From Bacteriovoracaceae bacterium (GTDB taxonomy: Bacteria; Bdellovibrionota; Bacteriovoracia; Bacteriovoracales; Bacteriovoracaceae), in assembly GCA_048270185.1 (NCBI GenBank), contig JBLWTJ010000001.1, forward strand, positions 32,001 to 96,000: a DNA stretch of 64,000 bases. The letters are read 5' to 3'. Below, in pieces: positions 28,436-38,983 of this stretch. Position numbers and translations under genes: made by a program. Below the pieces are notes generated by a model. That model ran no database searches. It was not told the origin of the DNA and worked only from the letters and a program-made list of their open reading frames with translations. How positions within the stretch are numbered: position 1 is the first letter of the stretch; every line of letters begins with the position of its first letter.

Positions 28436-30742
28436 ATGAAAAAGGCCTTTGTTGGATTTGTCTCATTAGTTGTTTTCTTGATACTAGGAATTTACTTTGC
28501 ACTACTGGGCTCTTTCCCTGTCATGCAAGGAAGTCTTAAAATTGCAGGCCTTGATTCACTCACAAAGATTTATCGTGATCAGGAGGGGATTGTTCATATT
28601 GATGCTCAAACAAATCACGATATGAACTTTGCACTTGGTTTTGCCATGGCAAGTGATCGTGCCTTTCAGTATGAACTTGTTAGTCGTGCGGGACAAGGGC
28701 GTTTAAGTGAGCTGCTTGGAGCTGATCTTATTCCTGTCGATAAACTTTTTAGAACACTTAACTCTAAGTACATTCGCGATGGGATTTTAGAAAATCTCGA
28801 TCCAAAAGTTAAACGTGATCTAGAGTCTTTTATGGCCGGATATAATTACTATCTTGAAAATAACATCAGGCCAATAGAGTTCTTTCTACTAGGAGCAAAG
28901 CCGATGAAGATCGGTTTTGAAGATATTTACGGTGTCTTTGTTTATTTAAATTACAGCTTTTCTCCTTTTATGAGAAATGAACTAACGAATACCCATATCT
29001 TAGCAAAAGTTAAAGACCGTAACCTTAAGTATCTCTTCGCTAATAATGAAGTCGATCTAAGCTCTAAAATAAGGCACGTTGTTCAAAACTCTGTTATTGA
29101 TTATGAGTCACTACTTGAGGGGATTGGAACTTTTACAGGCTCCAATGCTTGGGCCATAAGTGGGGCCAACTCAAAGTCAAAGAAGCCAATTCTAGCAAGT
29201 GATCCCCATATTAATTACTCAGCTCCAAATATTTGGTTTGAGGCCAATATTAGAAATAAGCAAGAAGATTTCCACATGTATGGACACTTCTTACCTCTTA
29301 TTCCGTTTCCGGCCATGGGCCATAATCGCCAGCATGGTTGGGGGCTTACAATTAGCTACACTGATGATGTCGATCTCTATCAACTTGAAGATGACTATGA
29401 AGTTATTCGTGTAGAAGACTCATTAATAAAGGTAAAGGGACAGGAGCCAATTGACTTTAGTCTTAAATGGAGTAAGAAAGGACCTGTCGTAACAGAGGTT
29501 GTTCAAGGTGTAAGAAAGGACGCTAAGAATATCGCAGCTCACTTTAGTTTCTATCAAGAAGGAAATAAGCCGATTCAAGGTTTTCACGATTTGAATTATG
29601 CGAAGAATTTTGAAGAAGTGAAAAAGGCCGTAAGTATTGTCAAATCTCCTGGACTTAATATTGTCTATGCCGATCGTGATGGAAATATTGCTAGGCTAAT
29701 TATGGGCGATAGCTATAATCGTAGCCATCCTTTTGAGTCTGACTTTGTTCAAACTCCTGATCGTGAAATTCTTGGGGCCTATGAATTCATGGATAAGCCT
29801 CATGAAATAAACCCGGCCAATGGTTATATTGTATCGGCCAATGATCGTCCAAAGACTATTAAGAACACAATTAATCATCGCGGTGGTTGGCATAGTGATA
29901 ATCGCTACAATACTATCTTAGAGGCCTTGGAGCTTCGTCATGACTGGGATATTGATGGCCAAAAGATGATGCAAACAGCAAGCTTTAGTTCAAATAATAA
30001 GCGTATGGTTAAGCTTATTGAAAAGGCCTTAAAGCTTAGTGATCTCGATGATTTTGAAATGAACGCTCTTTCAATTCTTGTCAATTGGACTGGTCACTCT
30101 CGAAAGGATTTAGTCGGACCTACTATTTTTCATGAAACAAATATGGAGATTAGGCATCTTCTTATGGATGAGCTTGAAGAGGATCGTTTAAAATATTGTA
30201 AGGCCATTAATTCTTGGACTTTCTATTATCGTCTCCTTGATAGGCCAAATGATTTCTGGTGGGATATCAAGAAGACTGGACCGATTGAAGATATGAATGC
30301 TGTCATGGCACAGGCTTTTAAAAACACGATAAAGAAGTTTAGATCAGATCTTGGAGATGATCTTAGTGAGTGGAAATGGGGACGTGTACACCAGTTAAAA
30401 ATGCCACACGCATTTGAAAAGAGTAAGTTGCTTGCCAAGGTTTTTTCTCACGGCCCATATCCCGCTAATGGATCAATTAATAGTATCAACCATATCAGAC
30501 GAGTAACATGTGATAATGGCCACACTCCGGTGACTGGACCTAGTACCAGAAGACTTATTGATTTTTCAAATGTTGATATCTCATATGGAATTCTGCCTTT
30601 AGGAAATTCAGGCCACATGCTTTCACCATTCTATGATAATCAAAGAGAGCGCTTCTTTAATGATGAGTATCGTCCTCAGATTTTTAATTTTGATTTAGTA
30701 AGAAAGAGCGAGGCCAAGATTTTAACTTTGGCCCCGTTATAA
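28436..30742 (+). CDS. Penicillin/AHL acylase family Ntn-hydrolase (S45)
   Basis: RDQEGIVHI; G|SNAWAISG nucleophile; ASDPH; SANDRP; GNSGHMLSPFYDNQ. Confidence 0.92.
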   Translation: MKKAFVGFVSLVVFLILGIYFALLGSFPVMQGSLKIAGLDSLTKIYRDQEGIVHIDAQTNHDMNFALGFAMASDRAFQYELVSRAGQGRLSELLGADLIPVDKLFRTLNSKYIRDGILENLDPKVKRDLESFMAGYNYYLENNIRPIEFFLLGAKPMKIGFEDIYGVFVYLNYSFSPFMRNELTNTHILAKVKDRNLKYLFANNEVDLSSKIRHVVQNSVIDYESLLEGIGTFTGSNAWAISGANSKSKKPILASDPHINYSAPNIWFEANIRNKQEDFHMYGHFLPLIPFPAMGHNRQHGWGLTISYTDDVDLYQLEDDYEVIRVEDSLIKVKGQEPIDFSLKWSKKGPVVTEVVQGVRKDAKNIAAHFSFYQEGNKPIQGFHDLNYAKNFEEVKKAVSIVKSPGLNIVYADRDGNIARLIMGDSYNRSHPFESDFVQTPDREILGAYEFMDKPHEINPANGYIVSANDRPKTIKNTINHRGGWHSDNRYNTILEALELRHDWDIDGQKMMQTASFSSNNKRMVKLIEKALKLSDLDDFEMNALSILVNWTGHSRKDLVGPTIFHETNMEIRHLLMDELEEDRLKYCKAINSWTFYYRLLDRPNDFWWDIKKTGPIEDMNAVMAQAFKNTIKKFRSDLGDDLSEWKWGRVHQLKMPHAFEKSKLLAKVFSHGPYPANGSINSINHIRRVTCDNGHTPVTGPSTRRLIDFSNVDISYGILPLGNSGHMLSPFYDNQRERFFNDEYRPQIFNFDLVRKSEAKILTLAPL

Positions 30743-30749
30743 GAAATAT

Positions 30750-32450
30750 CTAACTACAATGAGATTTTGAAGAGCGATTTGGCGCATTCCACCTCTCGCT
30801 CTCAAGTCCTTGAACAACTTGCTTTGATTGTTCAAAATTTACTTCCTCGTTATCGTAAACAACTCCTGCATCTTGTTGCACATGGAGAGTTTGTGTTGGG
30901 AAGGCAAAGTTTATTCCATGGGCCTTGGCCGCTCTTAGAATATCTAATAAGAATTTATGTTTTTCATTTAATTCATCATCCCAGCTATTTACTTGCCAGA
31001 ACATATAGACAAGAACATTTAGAGAACTTGCTCCCATTGAGTTGAAATAAACTTGAAAATTCGACTTGCGTGTTTTTGGATGGGCGATAATAAGCTGTCT
31101 AATGCTCTCACAGAAGTTTTCAATCTTCTCTGGCGGAGTTGCATAATCGATTCCTAGGTTAGTCGAGAAGCGTCTAAATTGTCTTCTCCCAAGGTTGTCG
31201 ATATTGGCACTGATGAGGTTACCATTTGGAACAGATAGAAGTGAGTTATGAAAAGTACGTATTCTCGTTGAACGAAGACCTACTTCTTCCACGATTCCTT
31301 CGATATTATCATTTATTTTAATCCAGTCCCCAATTGTAAATGGATTATCAAATAAGACAGTAAATGAACCAAATAGATTTGAAATAGTATCCTTTGCCGC
31401 AAGAGCGAAGGCAATACCTCCAATACCCATCCCAGCAAGAATTGATTTCATATTTAGTTCAAGGGCATCACCTATAAAGATCACACCAATTGCATAAATG
31501 AAGAAGCGTGCAGTTTTTCTAATCAGTGGGACGACGATATCATCAAATTTATTTTCAGTTTCACGGGCCTTATCTTCTAGATACAAGCAGACAACAGTTA
31601 AAAGCTCATTTAAAAGAATGACAAGGCTTACGGCCATGACAATATCACAGGCCTTAACGATAATCTCTAGAGCATCAGTGGGTAGAGAGATCCAAGTTGA
31701 TAGAACCTTAAAAAGGTAAGAGAAAGTTACGATCCCAAAAGGTGATGTAAGTCTACTTTGCTGTTTTTCACTAAATTTAATATTTCTCTTTTGAAGAATT
31801 GCAATTGTTTTGGAAGCGATATAGTAGCGAATAATTCGATCAAAAATGAAGCATATAATTGTAATACACAGTAAAAGAATCCAATGAATATTTAACAGTA
31901 GAAAACGTTGATTAAATGTCCATGCTGGTAGGTATTCTTTCAAACGGTCTTTAACTGAGCGACTGTAAACAACATCCTTGGCGATAGGTTTGCCTCTTAA
32001 TGAGCGATCATAGCTTGTAAGGGATTTGTATGTTTCTGGTGTAAAGAGCCATTGTATACGACCATCTTGGCCATACTTCTTAATTGAAATTTCCACAGGT
32101 ACTTCTTGCTCATCAAGTGCGACTACTTCTTTGCGGTAATACCATATATCTTGATCAAGTTGATTTGGTATTTTTTTTACATCGATATATTCAATACGAT
32201 CAAGAACTGAGATAAGTGTTCTCGAGTAATCTTCTAACTTAATTTCTCTAACAGTTTGAGGAATATTATTTCCATAGAAAGCATCAATGGCCTGCTCGAG
32301 TCCTTTATCATCTCCAAGCTTATAGGCCTTCATAGACTTTAAAAAATAATTCATGGTTGCTCTTGGAGAGCTTAAGTCTTTAGGCGGGAGTGTTTGTGCA
32401 AAGACATTGGCGTTAAAGAACAAAATAAACGTAAGAATAAATTTAATCAT
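30750..32450 (-). CDS. MscS family mechanosensitive channel with N-terminal periplasmic domain
   Basis: GIAFALAAKDTISN, PFTIGDWI, GIVEEVGLRSTRIRT, FAFPTQT. Confidence 0.93.
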   Translation of the reverse strand: MIKFILTFILFFNANVFAQTLPPKDLSSPRATMNYFLKSMKAYKLGDDKGLEQAIDAFYGNNIPQTVREIKLEDYSRTLISVLDRIEYIDVKKIPNQLDQDIWYYRKEVVALDEQEVPVEISIKKYGQDGRIQWLFTPETYKSLTSYDRSLRGKPIAKDVVYSRSVKDRLKEYLPAWTFNQRFLLLNIHWILLLCITIICFIFDRIIRYYIASKTIAILQKRNIKFSEKQQSRLTSPFGIVTFSYLFKVLSTWISLPTDALEIIVKACDIVMAVSLVILLNELLTVVCLYLEDKARETENKFDDIVVPLIRKTARFFIYAIGVIFIGDALELNMKSILAGMGIGGIAFALAAKDTISNLFGSFTVLFDNPFTIGDWIKINDNIEGIVEEVGLRSTRIRTFHNSLLSVPNGNLISANIDNLGRRQFRRFSTNLGIDYATPPEKIENFCESIRQLIIAHPKTRKSNFQVYFNSMGASSLNVLVYMFWQVNSWDDELNEKHKFLLDILRAAKAHGINFAFPTQTLHVQQDAGVVYDNEEVNFEQSKQVVQGLESERWNAPNRSSKSHCS

Positions 32451-32487
32451 AAAAATCTCTTTATATTCGAAAAAAAAAGTTGGTTAC

Positions 32488-32515
32488 CTTGACAATTATA
32501 AAACACCTACCATCT
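32488..32515 (+). promoter_or_regulatory. Possible sigma32-type heat-shock promoter
   Basis: CTTGAC-N14-TACCATCT upstream of the clpB-like gene. Confidence 0.35.
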
Positions 32516-32587
32516 TTATAGTAGAAGGGGAAAAATACCTCATAATTTTAGGTGTTTATGCCCAAAAATTTGCGTGGAGGAATTTTT

Positions 32588-34957
32588 ATGAACAAGTACG
32601 ATTCAATTGTGGCCGGCAGCCTTGATATTGCTCAGACTCTTCTAATAGAAAAGAGAAATACTCAGTTATCACAGTGGCACTTAGTCTATGGGTTGGTGAA
32701 GAACCCAAGCTCTTACTCGGCCAAGGCACTTAAACCAAAATTAAAAGAAATTAAAGCACAGCTTGATCGCCTACCGCAGTCTTCAAGTGAAGTTTCCCTT
32801 GAGAATGTAAAGCCAACTCCTGAACTTGGTAAGTGGTTAACACTAGCTTCTTCAAATGCCATTCAATCTGGCCGCCAAGAAATCACCGAAACAGATCTTT
32901 TAAAGTATATTGTCTCGATTGTGCCTGAGCTAAATATTGATCCAACAGTCTTTGCTCAAAGAGTTGATGGGGATGGTGAAGAAGATGAAGTTCCAACATT
33001 TCTTACAAATCTAAATGAACTTGCTGAAGCAGGTAAGCTTGATCCTGTTATTGGACGATCAAAAGAGATTAGAGCAGTTATGGAGATTCTAGGTCGCCGA
33101 GGCAAGAATAATCCTGTGCTTGTAGGGCCTGCAGGAGTCGGAAAGACGGCCATTGTTGAAGGTCTTGCTGAAATGATTGTTAAAGGGAAGGTGGCCGATG
33201 TTCTTGAAGGAAAAACTGTCTACTCCCTTGATATGGGTGCCCTTATGGCCGGAACTAAGTTTCGAGGAGAGTTTGAAGAACGTCTTCAAAAGCTTCTAAA
33301 ATATATTAAGAAGAATGCGGCCACTTCGATTCTCTTTATCGACGAAATTCACCAATTAGTTGGTGCAGGGAAAACAGATGGCGCTATGGATGCGGCCAAT
33401 TTACTAAAGCCAGCACTTGCTCGAGGTGAGCTAAACTGTATCGGTGCCACAACTGATGATGAATTTCAAAAGTATATCTTAGGAGATAGTGCTCTAGAGA
33501 GACGTTTTCGTGCAGTTCCTGTTAATGAGCCTTCAAAAGAAGATGCCATTGAAATTTTAATGGGAATTCGTGAGAAGCTTGAGATTCACCATGGAATCAA
33601 GATTTCAGATGATGCCATATATAATTCAGTGATTCTCTCAGATCAATATATTACAGATAAGAACTTACCTGATAAGGCCATTGACCTAGTGGATGAAGCA
33701 GCAAGTGCCCTTAAGCTTTCGGCCGAGGCAATGCCTGCAAAATTAGTTGAACTAGAAGCAGAAATTCGAGCAAAGAAAATCAATGCCCAGATCGATAAAG
33801 ACAATGAAAAACTTTTAAAAGATATTGAAAATCTTGAAGCATCTTTTAAAGAGCAAAGAAGTACATGGGAAGAAGAAGTGCTTTCTCTCAAAAGAGTTAG
33901 TGAACTTAAGAACCAAAGAGATCGCCTCAAGTTTGAACTTGAAGCGGCCGAACGTAACCAAGATTATGAAAAGGCCAGTGAGATAAAATACTCGACTCTT
34001 CCTGAAGTTGAAAAAGAGTTAGAGAATTGTCATCACGACTGGGTTCTTGCTACAAAAGATATTGCCCTTGTCATCTCAAGGCAAAAGGGGATTCCTGTAG
34101 AGAAGATTTTAAAGTCTAAACAGGCCCAAATTCTTCAGCTTGAGAGATTTTTAAAGTCACGAGTTTTCGGTCAAGATGAATCAGTCAGTGAGATTGCTGA
34201 TACTATTATTGCTTCTCACGCTGGATTAACAGATCCATCTCGTCCTCTTGGATCGTTCTTGCTAAAAGGGCCAAGTGGGGTTGGTAAGACTGAAACGGCC
34301 AAGGCCCTTTGTGAATTCTTATTTGATACTCAAGACAACTTAATTCGCTTTGATCTTTCAGAGTTTAGTGAAAAGCACTCTGTTAGTAAGCTTATCGGAG
34401 CCGCTCCTGGTTATGTCGGTTACGAAGAAGGTGGTGTTTTAACTGAAGCAGTTAGACGCCACCCTTATTCTGTCATTCTCTTTGATGAGATTGAAAAGGC
34501 CCATCATGACTTTGGAGACATTCTATTACAAATTCTTGATGATGGACGTTTAACAGACAATAAAGGCAGAACAATTGATTTTAAAAATACAATTATTCTA
34601 CTAACAACGAATGCAAAGAATGTTGAGACGGCATTTAAGGCCGAAGTCATTGGACGACTTGATGCTGTATGTGACTACAATCCACTTGATCGCTCAATCA
34701 TGAACTCTCTTATTGATAAGCAACTTAAAGAGCTTAACGCTCGCTTACTACAAAGAAAGCTCAAGATTAATATTAGTGATAGTGTGAGAGCACGTCTTAA
34801 CGAACAAGGTTATAGTGAGTCTTATGGTGCAAGACCACTTGCCTCTACTTTTAACCGTTTAATCACAAGGCCATTGTCAAAAGAGATTATGGCACACGAC
34901 CTTGCTGAGAAAGACTTGAGCGTCGATTACAAAGACTCTCAGATCACCATTGAATAA
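32588..34957 (+). CDS. clpB: ClpB-like AAA+ chaperone
   Basis: Two AAA modules ([16 protein letters not shown]), middle coiled coil, [10 protein letters not shown], no IGF loop; ATG 32588 after GGAGG. Confidence 0.85.
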   Translation: MNKYDSIVAGSLDIAQTLLIEKRNTQLSQWHLVYGLVKNPSSYSAKALKPKLKEIKAQLDRLPQSSSEVSLENVKPTPELGKWLTLASSNAIQSGRQEITETDLLKYIVSIVPELNIDPTVFAQRVDGDGEEDEVPTFLTNLNELAEAGKLDPVIGRSKEIRAVMEILGRRGKNNPVLVGPAGVGKTAIVEGLAEMIVKGKVADVLEGKTVYSLDMGALMAGTKFRGEFEERLQKLLKYIKKNAATSILFIDEIHQLVGAGKTDGAMDAANLLKPALARGELNCIGATTDDEFQKYILGDSALERRFRAVPVNEPSKEDAIEILMGIREKLEIHHGIKISDDAIYNSVILSDQYITDKNLPDKAIDLVDEAASALKLSAEAMPAKLVELEAEIRAKKINAQIDKDNEKLLKDIENLEASFKEQRSTWEEEVLSLKRVSELKNQRDRLKFELEAAERNQDYEKASEIKYSTLPEVEKELENCHHDWVLATKDIALVISRQKGIPVEKILKSKQAQILQLERFLKSRVFGQDESVSEIADTIIASHAGLTDPSRPLGSFLLKGPSGVGKTETAKALCEFLFDTQDNLIRFDLSEFSEKHSVSKLIGAAPGYVGYEEGGVLTEAVRRHPYSVILFDEIEKAHHDFGDILLQILDDGRLTDNKGRTIDFKNTIILLTTNAKNVETAFKAEVIGRLDAVCDYNPLDRSIMNSLIDKQLKELNARLLQRKLKINISDSVRARLNEQGYSESYGARPLASTFNRLITRPLSKEIMAHDLAEKDLSVDYKDSQITIE

Positions 34958-34970
34958 CCCCCTCCTAGTT

Positions 34971-34998
34971 TAGGCCTGGCGAATGCCGGGCCTATTTT
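34971..34998. terminator. Terminator between convergent genes
   Basis: TAGGCCTGGC-gaat-GCCGGGCCTA then T-run. Confidence 0.7.
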
Positions 34999-36023
34999 CT
35001 CTTATAGGGTAGGTAGTCTTCTAATTGCCTTATGTATTCAAATGTTTTGATATTTTGAATCCTAACGTGATCTTCAATTGCTTGATGTAGTCTTGCTTCT
35101 TTTAAATGATGGTATGATTCAATTGCAATTGGTTTAAAGCCGCGGTAGAGCTTTTGTTCTCCTTGGGCCCCTGCTTCAAAGACTTCTAAATTATTGTTAA
35201 TGGTGTATTCCATACCCATATAATAGCAAAGTTCAAAGTGTAAGAATTCAAATTTTTGTTGGTAGAGTGGATGAATTCCCCAGTAACGCCCATAAAGTTT
35301 TGTATCGGAAGCAAAGAACATGGCCATGGCAATGATTTGACCTTCTTCACTTCTTGCTAAGTGAAAGAAGCAATTTTCAAGAGTATTTAAACCTAAGAAG
35401 AAGTCACTTGTTAGGTAGGCGTAAGCATTCTTCTTATCAATCGTTGTTAAATAGAGTCCATAGATTTCACTTAACTCGCTTATTGTTAGGTTTTGACTTG
35501 AAGTAACTTCGATATGAAGAGGGTAGTCAGAAACTTTTCTGCGCTCTTTTGAAATCGTCTTTCTTTTGTTCTTTCTAAGCTTCGATAAATAATTATCAAA
35601 TGATTCATATTCATTGATGAAGTGGTATTGAGTCGTTATTTGTTTAAAAAAGCCAAGCTTAGCTAGTGAGTCATATTCTTTGTCTGTGAAGAGATAGTGA
35701 GCACTGGAGAGGTTGTCTTGTTGGTACAATTGAAAAGCGTCAATCGTTAACCTCTCATCAAAGTTCGTTGTAAACTTAGAGTTATTGACAGGAGTAAATG
35801 GAATAGCATGGATTAATTTGGGGTAGTATTCAATCCCCATCCGATGGTAGAGATCGGCCCATGCCCAGTCAAAAATATACTCACCATAACTGTGATCTTT
35901 CTTGTAGCTGATTAGTTGATTATCTTTTGAAGTGAAGTGGCATGGATGCCAGCCTCTGTTAGGGCTAGCACTCCCACTATCTTCAATGAGTTTAAGAAAG
36001 TGGGAGTTAGCAAAAGTGTGCAC
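34992..36023 (-). CDS. GNAT/FemAB-like protein (DUF482-type)
   Basis: HSYGEYIFDWAWA, IPFTPV, LYGRYWG, LHFELCYY, FEAGAQGEQK. Confidence 0.88.
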   Translation of the reverse strand: MHTFANSHFLKLIEDSGSASPNRGWHPCHFTSKDNQLISYKKDHSYGEYIFDWAWADLYHRMGIEYYPKLIHAIPFTPVNNSKFTTNFDERLTIDAFQLYQQDNLSSAHYLFTDKEYDSLAKLGFFKQITTQYHFINEYESFDNYLSKLRKNKRKTISKERRKVSDYPLHIEVTSSQNLTISELSEIYGLYLTTIDKKNAYAYLTSDFFLGLNTLENCFFHLARSEEGQIIAMAMFFASDTKLYGRYWGIHPLYQQKFEFLHFELCYYMGMEYTINNNLEVFEAGAQGEQKLYRGFKPIAIESYHHLKEARLHQAIEDHVRIQNIKTFEYIRQLEDYLPYKRK

Positions 36024-36026
36024 TAT

Positions 36027-36671
36027 TTATTTTTCTAATTCTTGGCGAATTTGTAGCTCTAGTTGTTGGTAGCTAAATTGCTCTAGAGGCTTACCATTGA
36101 TAAAGAAAGAAGGTGTCCCTCTAATCGAGAGAGTCTTCCCATCTTTTGTGTCTTGTTCAATGATTTCCTTAATGGCCGGATCATGCATATCTTGTTTAAT
36201 CTTATCAAGATCAAGATCAAGTGCCGTAAGGAAGTTCCAGATTAAATCAGGCCTTGGGTTGTGATGATTTCCCCACGCTGGTTGGCTTTTAAAAAGAACT
36301 TCTAGAGTTTCAAAGTAGAGACCTTGTTTTCTAGCGGCTTCTAGGATTGAAATAGCATATTTCGAGTTCTTATGAAATGCAGCGTAGCGGATAACAAGTT
36401 GAACTTGATCTGCGTACTTTCTCATTAACTCTTTTACGTAAGGAGAAAATGCACGGCATGATTCACATTCTGGATCTAAAAATTCAACTAAGTAAACTTT
36501 TGGATTCTCTGCTCCCATTTTCGGGGCATGGTCTGGTACAAAGAGTTTATGGTTTTCGTTGGCGAGAAATCCAAGCTTTTGCGCTTGTTGCTTTTTAAAA
36601 AGTGTTGCTCCAATTGCAAACAGTGCAATAATTGCAATAACAGATGCAATGATTTTATGATTCTTTTTCAT
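36027..36671 (-). CDS. DsbA/BdbD family thiol-disulfide oxidoreductase
   Basis: EFLDPECESC, GTPSFFING; N-terminal TM. Confidence 0.9.
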   Translation of the reverse strand: MKKNHKIIASVIAIIALFAIGATLFKKQQAQKLGFLANENHKLFVPDHAPKMGAENPKVYLVEFLDPECESCRAFSPYVKELMRKYADQVQLVIRYAAFHKNSKYAISILEAARKQGLYFETLEVLFKSQPAWGNHHNPRPDLIWNFLTALDLDLDKIKQDMHDPAIKEIIEQDTKDGKTLSIRGTPSFFINGKPLEQFSYQQLELQIRQELEK

Positions 36672-37083
36672 TCTTAATCCTTTTATTTAAAATCAAAATT
36701 AAGCCAATTATTGTAAAGGCAATAAATGACATCATTGGTATTGAGAGAAATCCTAACCAGTTAACCCATTTTTCACTACAAGGAACTCCACTGACACAGG
36801 GACTTGCACTTTCGGGAATAATTCCCCATTGAAGTAGGTTCTGGTATAGAGCAATTGGCCAGCCGATGGCCACAAATGGGAGGCCGTAGAGAAAGCTCTT
36901 GTCATCTTCGTAATAGAATCCAATGAGAAAAATTATTGCAAGTGGGTACATGGCAATTCGCTGATACCAACATAGTGTACATGGTACAAATTCCATGACG
37001 ATACTAAAGAAGAGGCTTCCTGCTGTTGCAATGCTGGCAATAATCCAGGCCGTAAATAATAGGTGTGATTGATTTTTTTTCAT
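36655..37083 (-). CDS. DsbB/BdbC family disulfide bond formation protein
   Basis: PCTLCWYQR and second Cys pair CVSGVPC; four TM segments. Confidence 0.92.
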   Translation of the reverse strand: MKKNQSHLLFTAWIIASIATAGSLFFSIVMEFVPCTLCWYQRIAMYPLAIIFLIGFYYEDDKSFLYGLPFVAIGWPIALYQNLLQWGIIPESASPCVSGVPCSEKWVNWLGFLSIPMMSFIAFTIIGLILILNKRIKNEKES

Positions 37084-37102
37084 ACCATTATATGGTATCG
37101 AA

Positions 37103-37144
37103 TCTTTAAACAGATGACTAATAAAACCGTCATCTGTTTAAAGA
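37103..37144. terminator. 16-bp perfect inverted repeat downstream of the ParB-like gene
   Basis: TCTTTAAACAGATGAC-N10-GTCATCTGTTTAAAGA. Confidence 0.6.
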
Positions 37145-37156
37145 ATTTAAGATAAT

Positions 37157-38143
37157 TTATAGTGAGTATTCTGGGTTAAACTCTTGCTGATTCTCGTCTA
37201 GAACAATTGTTGGCTCAGCAGTAAACTCTTCAGACTTCTCCTCTGTGGCCGTATTGTGTTGACCTGGAGTCATGCGGAAGAAGTGCTCAAGATTTTCTTG
37301 AAGCTTTCTCATCTCTTTCATGATTGAATCACTTTCTTTTCCATCATAAGCAAGTTCTTCAAGTAGAATTCTTGTTAAATTCTTATTCATTCTTTTTGAT
37401 AGATTTCTCAAGTGAGCATATTCTGCAGGAAGTGGTTGCATTGTTTCAACTTCCATATTTGCTTCTTCAATCCCACCACGCTTTGCTGCTGCAATAATAA
37501 GCTTTGCTTCTTTAACTGTTTTATCAGCAATCATTGGTAGAACTTTATCTTGGATATCTTTATCTAGTTTGATGATCTCATTAGTTTGGCTAGCATTTAA
37601 ACTTCCTAGACGACGTGCTTTTTTAACGTGCTCAGAAGCGAGTGCATCTCTTTTAATTGCACCTTTAATGACACTTTTTGAAAGACCTGTTTTTGCTGCA
37701 GTGATGGCCGCAAATGAATCTTGGTCCTGTTCTTCTTGTGCTTTTTCTAATTTCTTCTCTTCTGTCGTTGTTGCAATTTTATCGACTTCGATCTTAGTTG
37801 CAGTAGGGTGAAGCTCTTCAAAAATTTCACGTCCACGATTAAGACACTTTTCAAATTCAAGCTTATCAAGTGGCTTTCTAACAAGGTTTTCATCAATCGA
37901 AATGAGTTCTTGCTCTAGTGTTTGGCGATCAACAATATGAACAGGAATTTCTGTAATTCCTAATTCCTTTAGTGCCGTATATCTTCTTGCTCCAGCTAGA
38001 AGTTCATTCTCTTTGTTAATTGTAAGTGGATTAATTAGGCCAACATTTTCGATACTTGTTTTAAGTGTATCAACGTCAGTTTCAGTTCTTAAGTATTGGC
38101 TATTAAGCTTAATATCATTGATATTTATAGTCGTGGTTTGCAT
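37157..38143 (-). CDS. ParB/Srx N-terminal domain protein
   Basis: GLINPLTI, LLAGARRYTA, DENLVRKPL; HTH-like TAAKTGLSKSVI. Confidence 0.85.
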   Translation of the reverse strand: MQTTTININDIKLNSQYLRTETDVDTLKTSIENVGLINPLTINKENELLAGARRYTALKELGITEIPVHIVDRQTLEQELISIDENLVRKPLDKLEFEKCLNRGREIFEELHPTATKIEVDKIATTTEEKKLEKAQEEQDQDSFAAITAAKTGLSKSVIKGAIKRDALASEHVKKARRLGSLNASQTNEIIKLDKDIQDKVLPMIADKTVKEAKLIIAAAKRGGIEEANMEVETMQPLPAEYAHLRNLSKRMNKNLTRILLEELAYDGKESDSIMKEMRKLQENLEHFFRMTPGQHNTATEEKSEEFTAEPTIVLDENQQEFNPEYSL

Positions 38144-38221
38144 GAATATCCCTCAATTCGTGTGTGTTGTGGCGAGATTGTAATGGGCAAATCTTCATTT
38201 GACTAGAATTGTAAGGTAATT

Positions 38222-38983
38222 TTAGTAGCCGCGCCCTGTGTTAATTCTCTCGATGATGCGAAGAGATAAGCTGTAAGGAACTGTTGTTAATAGGGTTTTG
38301 AAGATTCTATTGAAGAATCCGGGAATAATGTATAGCTGCTTTTTGTTGAGGGCATCAATCGTCTCAATGACAACTTGCTCACTGGTAATTCCTGAAAATG
38401 ATGTTGATTCTTCCTTGCCTTGGTTGATACGAAATTGAGTATACACAAGCCCTGGACATACGCTTATGACCTGCTTATTTGTACCAATTAGATCTCGACT
38501 AAGGGCCAAGCTGAATGAATGAAGCATACTCTTTGAAGCTGCATAAATTGATTGGCGAGGTACAGGAAAGAAGGCATAGAGAGAGGCAATATTGATAATT
38601 TTAAGCTTCTCTTTTTGCGCCAAAAAGTGATGAGTTAATCTCATGGGTACTTCCACATGGACTCTTTGCATTGCAACTTGTTTATTGATATCTGTTTTTT
38701 GATATTTTCCTGCAACACCAAAGCCTGCATTATTAACTAGGTAAGCAATAGGTGTTTTAATATTCTCAATGACGTAGTCGCAAGCATCAATTTCACTCAG
38801 GTCCTTGATTATAACATGGGCCTTGATGGCAAACTCTTCTTGGTAAAGATTAGCATTTCTCGTTAGTGCTTTTTCATTTCGGCCATGTAGATAAAGATCG
38901 TAACCTTTGGCCGCAAAATAGTCAGCAAAGGCCTTTCCCATTCCTGTTGTTGCACCTGTAATTAAAACACTACCTTTATTCAT
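38222..38983 (-). CDS. Short-chain dehydrogenase/reductase
   Basis: TGATTGMG, NNAG, YAASK. Confidence 0.92.
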   Translation of the reverse strand: MNKGSVLITGATTGMGKAFADYFAAKGYDLYLHGRNEKALTRNANLYQEEFAIKAHVIIKDLSEIDACDYVIENIKTPIAYLVNNAGFGVAGKYQKTDINKQVAMQRVHVEVPMRLTHHFLAQKEKLKIINIASLYAFFPVPRQSIYAASKSMLHSFSLALSRDLIGTNKQVISVCPGLVYTQFRINQGKEESTSFSGITSEQVVIETIDALNKKQLYIIPGFFNRIFKTLLTTVPYSLSLRIIERINTGRGY

